NCBI GenBank assembly: GCA_041572575.1
Contig: JBFFSH010000012.1
Coordinates: 1-47,375, forward strand
Direction of reading: 5' to 3'
DNA: 47,375 bases
DNA from: Thermodesulfobacteriota bacterium
Lineage (GTDB): Bacteria; Desulfobacterota_D; UBA1144; Nemesobacterales; N074bin48
This document shows, one piece after another, positions 46,180-47,375 of the stretch (position 1 is the first letter of the stretch; every line of letters begins with the position of its first letter). The position numbers were made by a program, and so were the translations under genes. Under the pieces are notes generated by a model. The model ran no database searches. It saw only the letters and a program-made list of their open reading frames with translations, and was not told the origin of the DNA.

Positions 46180-46856
46180 TATTTTTTTCCTCCTTTGATC
46201 TGTTTTTTAATATTTTGAAGCTCTTCGTCTATCACCTTTTCTTCTTTTTCAAACAAGTTCTGCTCGTTTGATTCTTTTATATCAATTAGCTCCTTTTCAT
46301 CATTTATTCTCTCTTCCATTCTCATTAATGCTTCATAAGAGTCAGGTGTAGCATTGGGAGCTGCAAATCCTGCCTGGGGAAAGTCTGCAGATTGAGCAGA
46401 TCTAGTTTTTCCATAAGAGCCAAGAAGGATCTTCCTCTTGTTCTTTGCGGCTATGAGTTTTCCCTCGGCTTCTCTGATCTTTCTGTCCTCCGCTTTAAAC
46501 TTGTTCTCAAGCTCTGTGATTCTGTATTCCAGTTTCCTTTTAATATCTTCTAGTATCCTTCTCTTTCTGATCGCCTGTTTTGCGTTTTCGTCCATGTCGG
46601 ATTTTACAAATTCATGGGTCTTGTCAGTCCAGTATTCGATCTGCTCTGAGATATTGTTCATATACCTCTTGTTGTCCTCTATCTCTGTGCTTAGCGCGAA
46701 CACTCTTTTCTTTGCCGCATCAAAACTGTCCTGCATCTCTTCTACCGACTGATTGATAATTTTCTCAGGATCTTCGGCAGAGGTTACAATGTGGTTAATG
46801 TTTGATTTAAAAATGGTATTTAAGCGAGTTCTTATTCCCATAGGCTTTCTCCTCAA
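46179..46856 (-). CDS. pspA: PspA/IM30-family protein (start probably at the MGIR ATG)
   Basis: MGI..RL..IFKSNIN......EDPEKII.Q..EEM; long coiled coil; IDEEL..IK C-terminus; TAATG overlap with the vWA gene. Confidence 0.8.
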   Translation of the reverse strand: MRRKPMGIRTRLNTIFKSNINHIVTSAEDPEKIINQSVEEMQDSFDAAKKRVFALSTEIEDNKRYMNNISEQIEYWTDKTHEFVKSDMDENAKQAIRKRRILEDIKRKLEYRITELENKFKAEDRKIREAEGKLIAAKNKRKILLGSYGKTRSAQSADFPQAGFAAPNATPDSYEALMRMEERINDEKELIDIKESNEQNLFEKEEKVIDEELQNIKKQIKGGKK

Positions 46857-46917
46857 AACTGATTTTTAATTATTAATACGAAAGGGGTGGAGAAAGGTTT
46901 TTGGGAATTTAAAAAAG

Positions 46918-47239
46918 GTCACTCTGGGTGTAAAGAAGAGTCTTAAGAGATTCTTCGCTTCGGCTCAGAATGACCCATAAGTTTGTCATGCTTGAGCGTA
47001 TGCGAAGCATCTTTCTTTAGATTCTTCGGCTTGCCTCTGAATGACAGAGAGAGTGAGATTGTCATGCTTGAGCGGAACGACTCATACACCCGTCATTCTG
47101 ATCGAAACGTAGTGTAGAGAAGAATCTCATGAGACTTAATTAGATTCTTCGGCCCCGCCTCAGAATGACTTCCAAGTATGTCATGCTTGAGCGTTAGCGA
47201 AGCATCTTCATTTAGATTCTTCGAGTTCACCTCAGAATG
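46918..47239. repeat. Cluster of about five GTCAT...ATGAC palindromic REP-like units
   Basis: Units at 46918-46974, 46985-47045, 47061-47075 (partial), 47092-47169 and 47180-47239. Confidence 0.9.
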
Positions 47240-47375
47240 GGCATAATTGCAAAAAATGTGTGCTGAAAATGGGGTTTTAGCCTTTATTTACTATATTATA
47301 ATGAGAAAAAAGTTAAACAGGTTTAACTATGAACAAAAAACTGTCCCCTTTGCAGTGCACAAAAAGCAGTCAAGA

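Noticed and set aside
46918..47239. CRISPR array
   Set aside because: Units are degenerate and variable in length with short linkers; there are no constant repeats with unique 30-40 bp spacers and no cas genes.
47301..47375. Possible gene start at the right edge (ATG at 47301 or 47329)
   Set aside because: Too short to support a call or choose a frame.

Overview
Bacterial chromosomal window, moderately AT-rich. The gene content looks deltaproteobacterial or Desulfobacterota-like (possibly Ca. Dadabacteria; unverified impression). Housekeeping genes: nuoM, dapB, tgt-yajC-secD-secF, pheS, dcd, gyrB, nuoG-nuoH, pyk, pckA. Stress and redox modules: a GAF-PAS sigma54 activator with an OsmC-like target, a thioredoxin/MsrA-like fusion split by an amber codon, oxyR-katG, marR-rhodanese-doxX and pspA-vWA. 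The most unusual signals are non-coding. (i) A small GIY-YIG nuclease gene is bracketed by nested inverted pairs of a palindromic repeat family whose nuclease-less, self-nested copies occur across the window, like a REPtron with a non-HUH enzyme. (ii) Downstream of nuoM, the nuoM 3' end is repeated twice; the longer copy differs only at third codon positions and lies inside a 20-bp inverted-repeat-bounded orphan cassette. (iii) A shared MarR operator links the marR locus to a truncated rhodanese paralog next to an IS481-like end 38 kb away. (iv) A complete sigma54-promoter/PilZ/terminator unit is tandemly duplicated. (v) A lone phage-type HTH initiator-like gene carries internal iterons and an NrdR-like box. 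No rRNA, tRNA or CRISPR array was recognised. All calls come from reading motifs by eye, without database searches.
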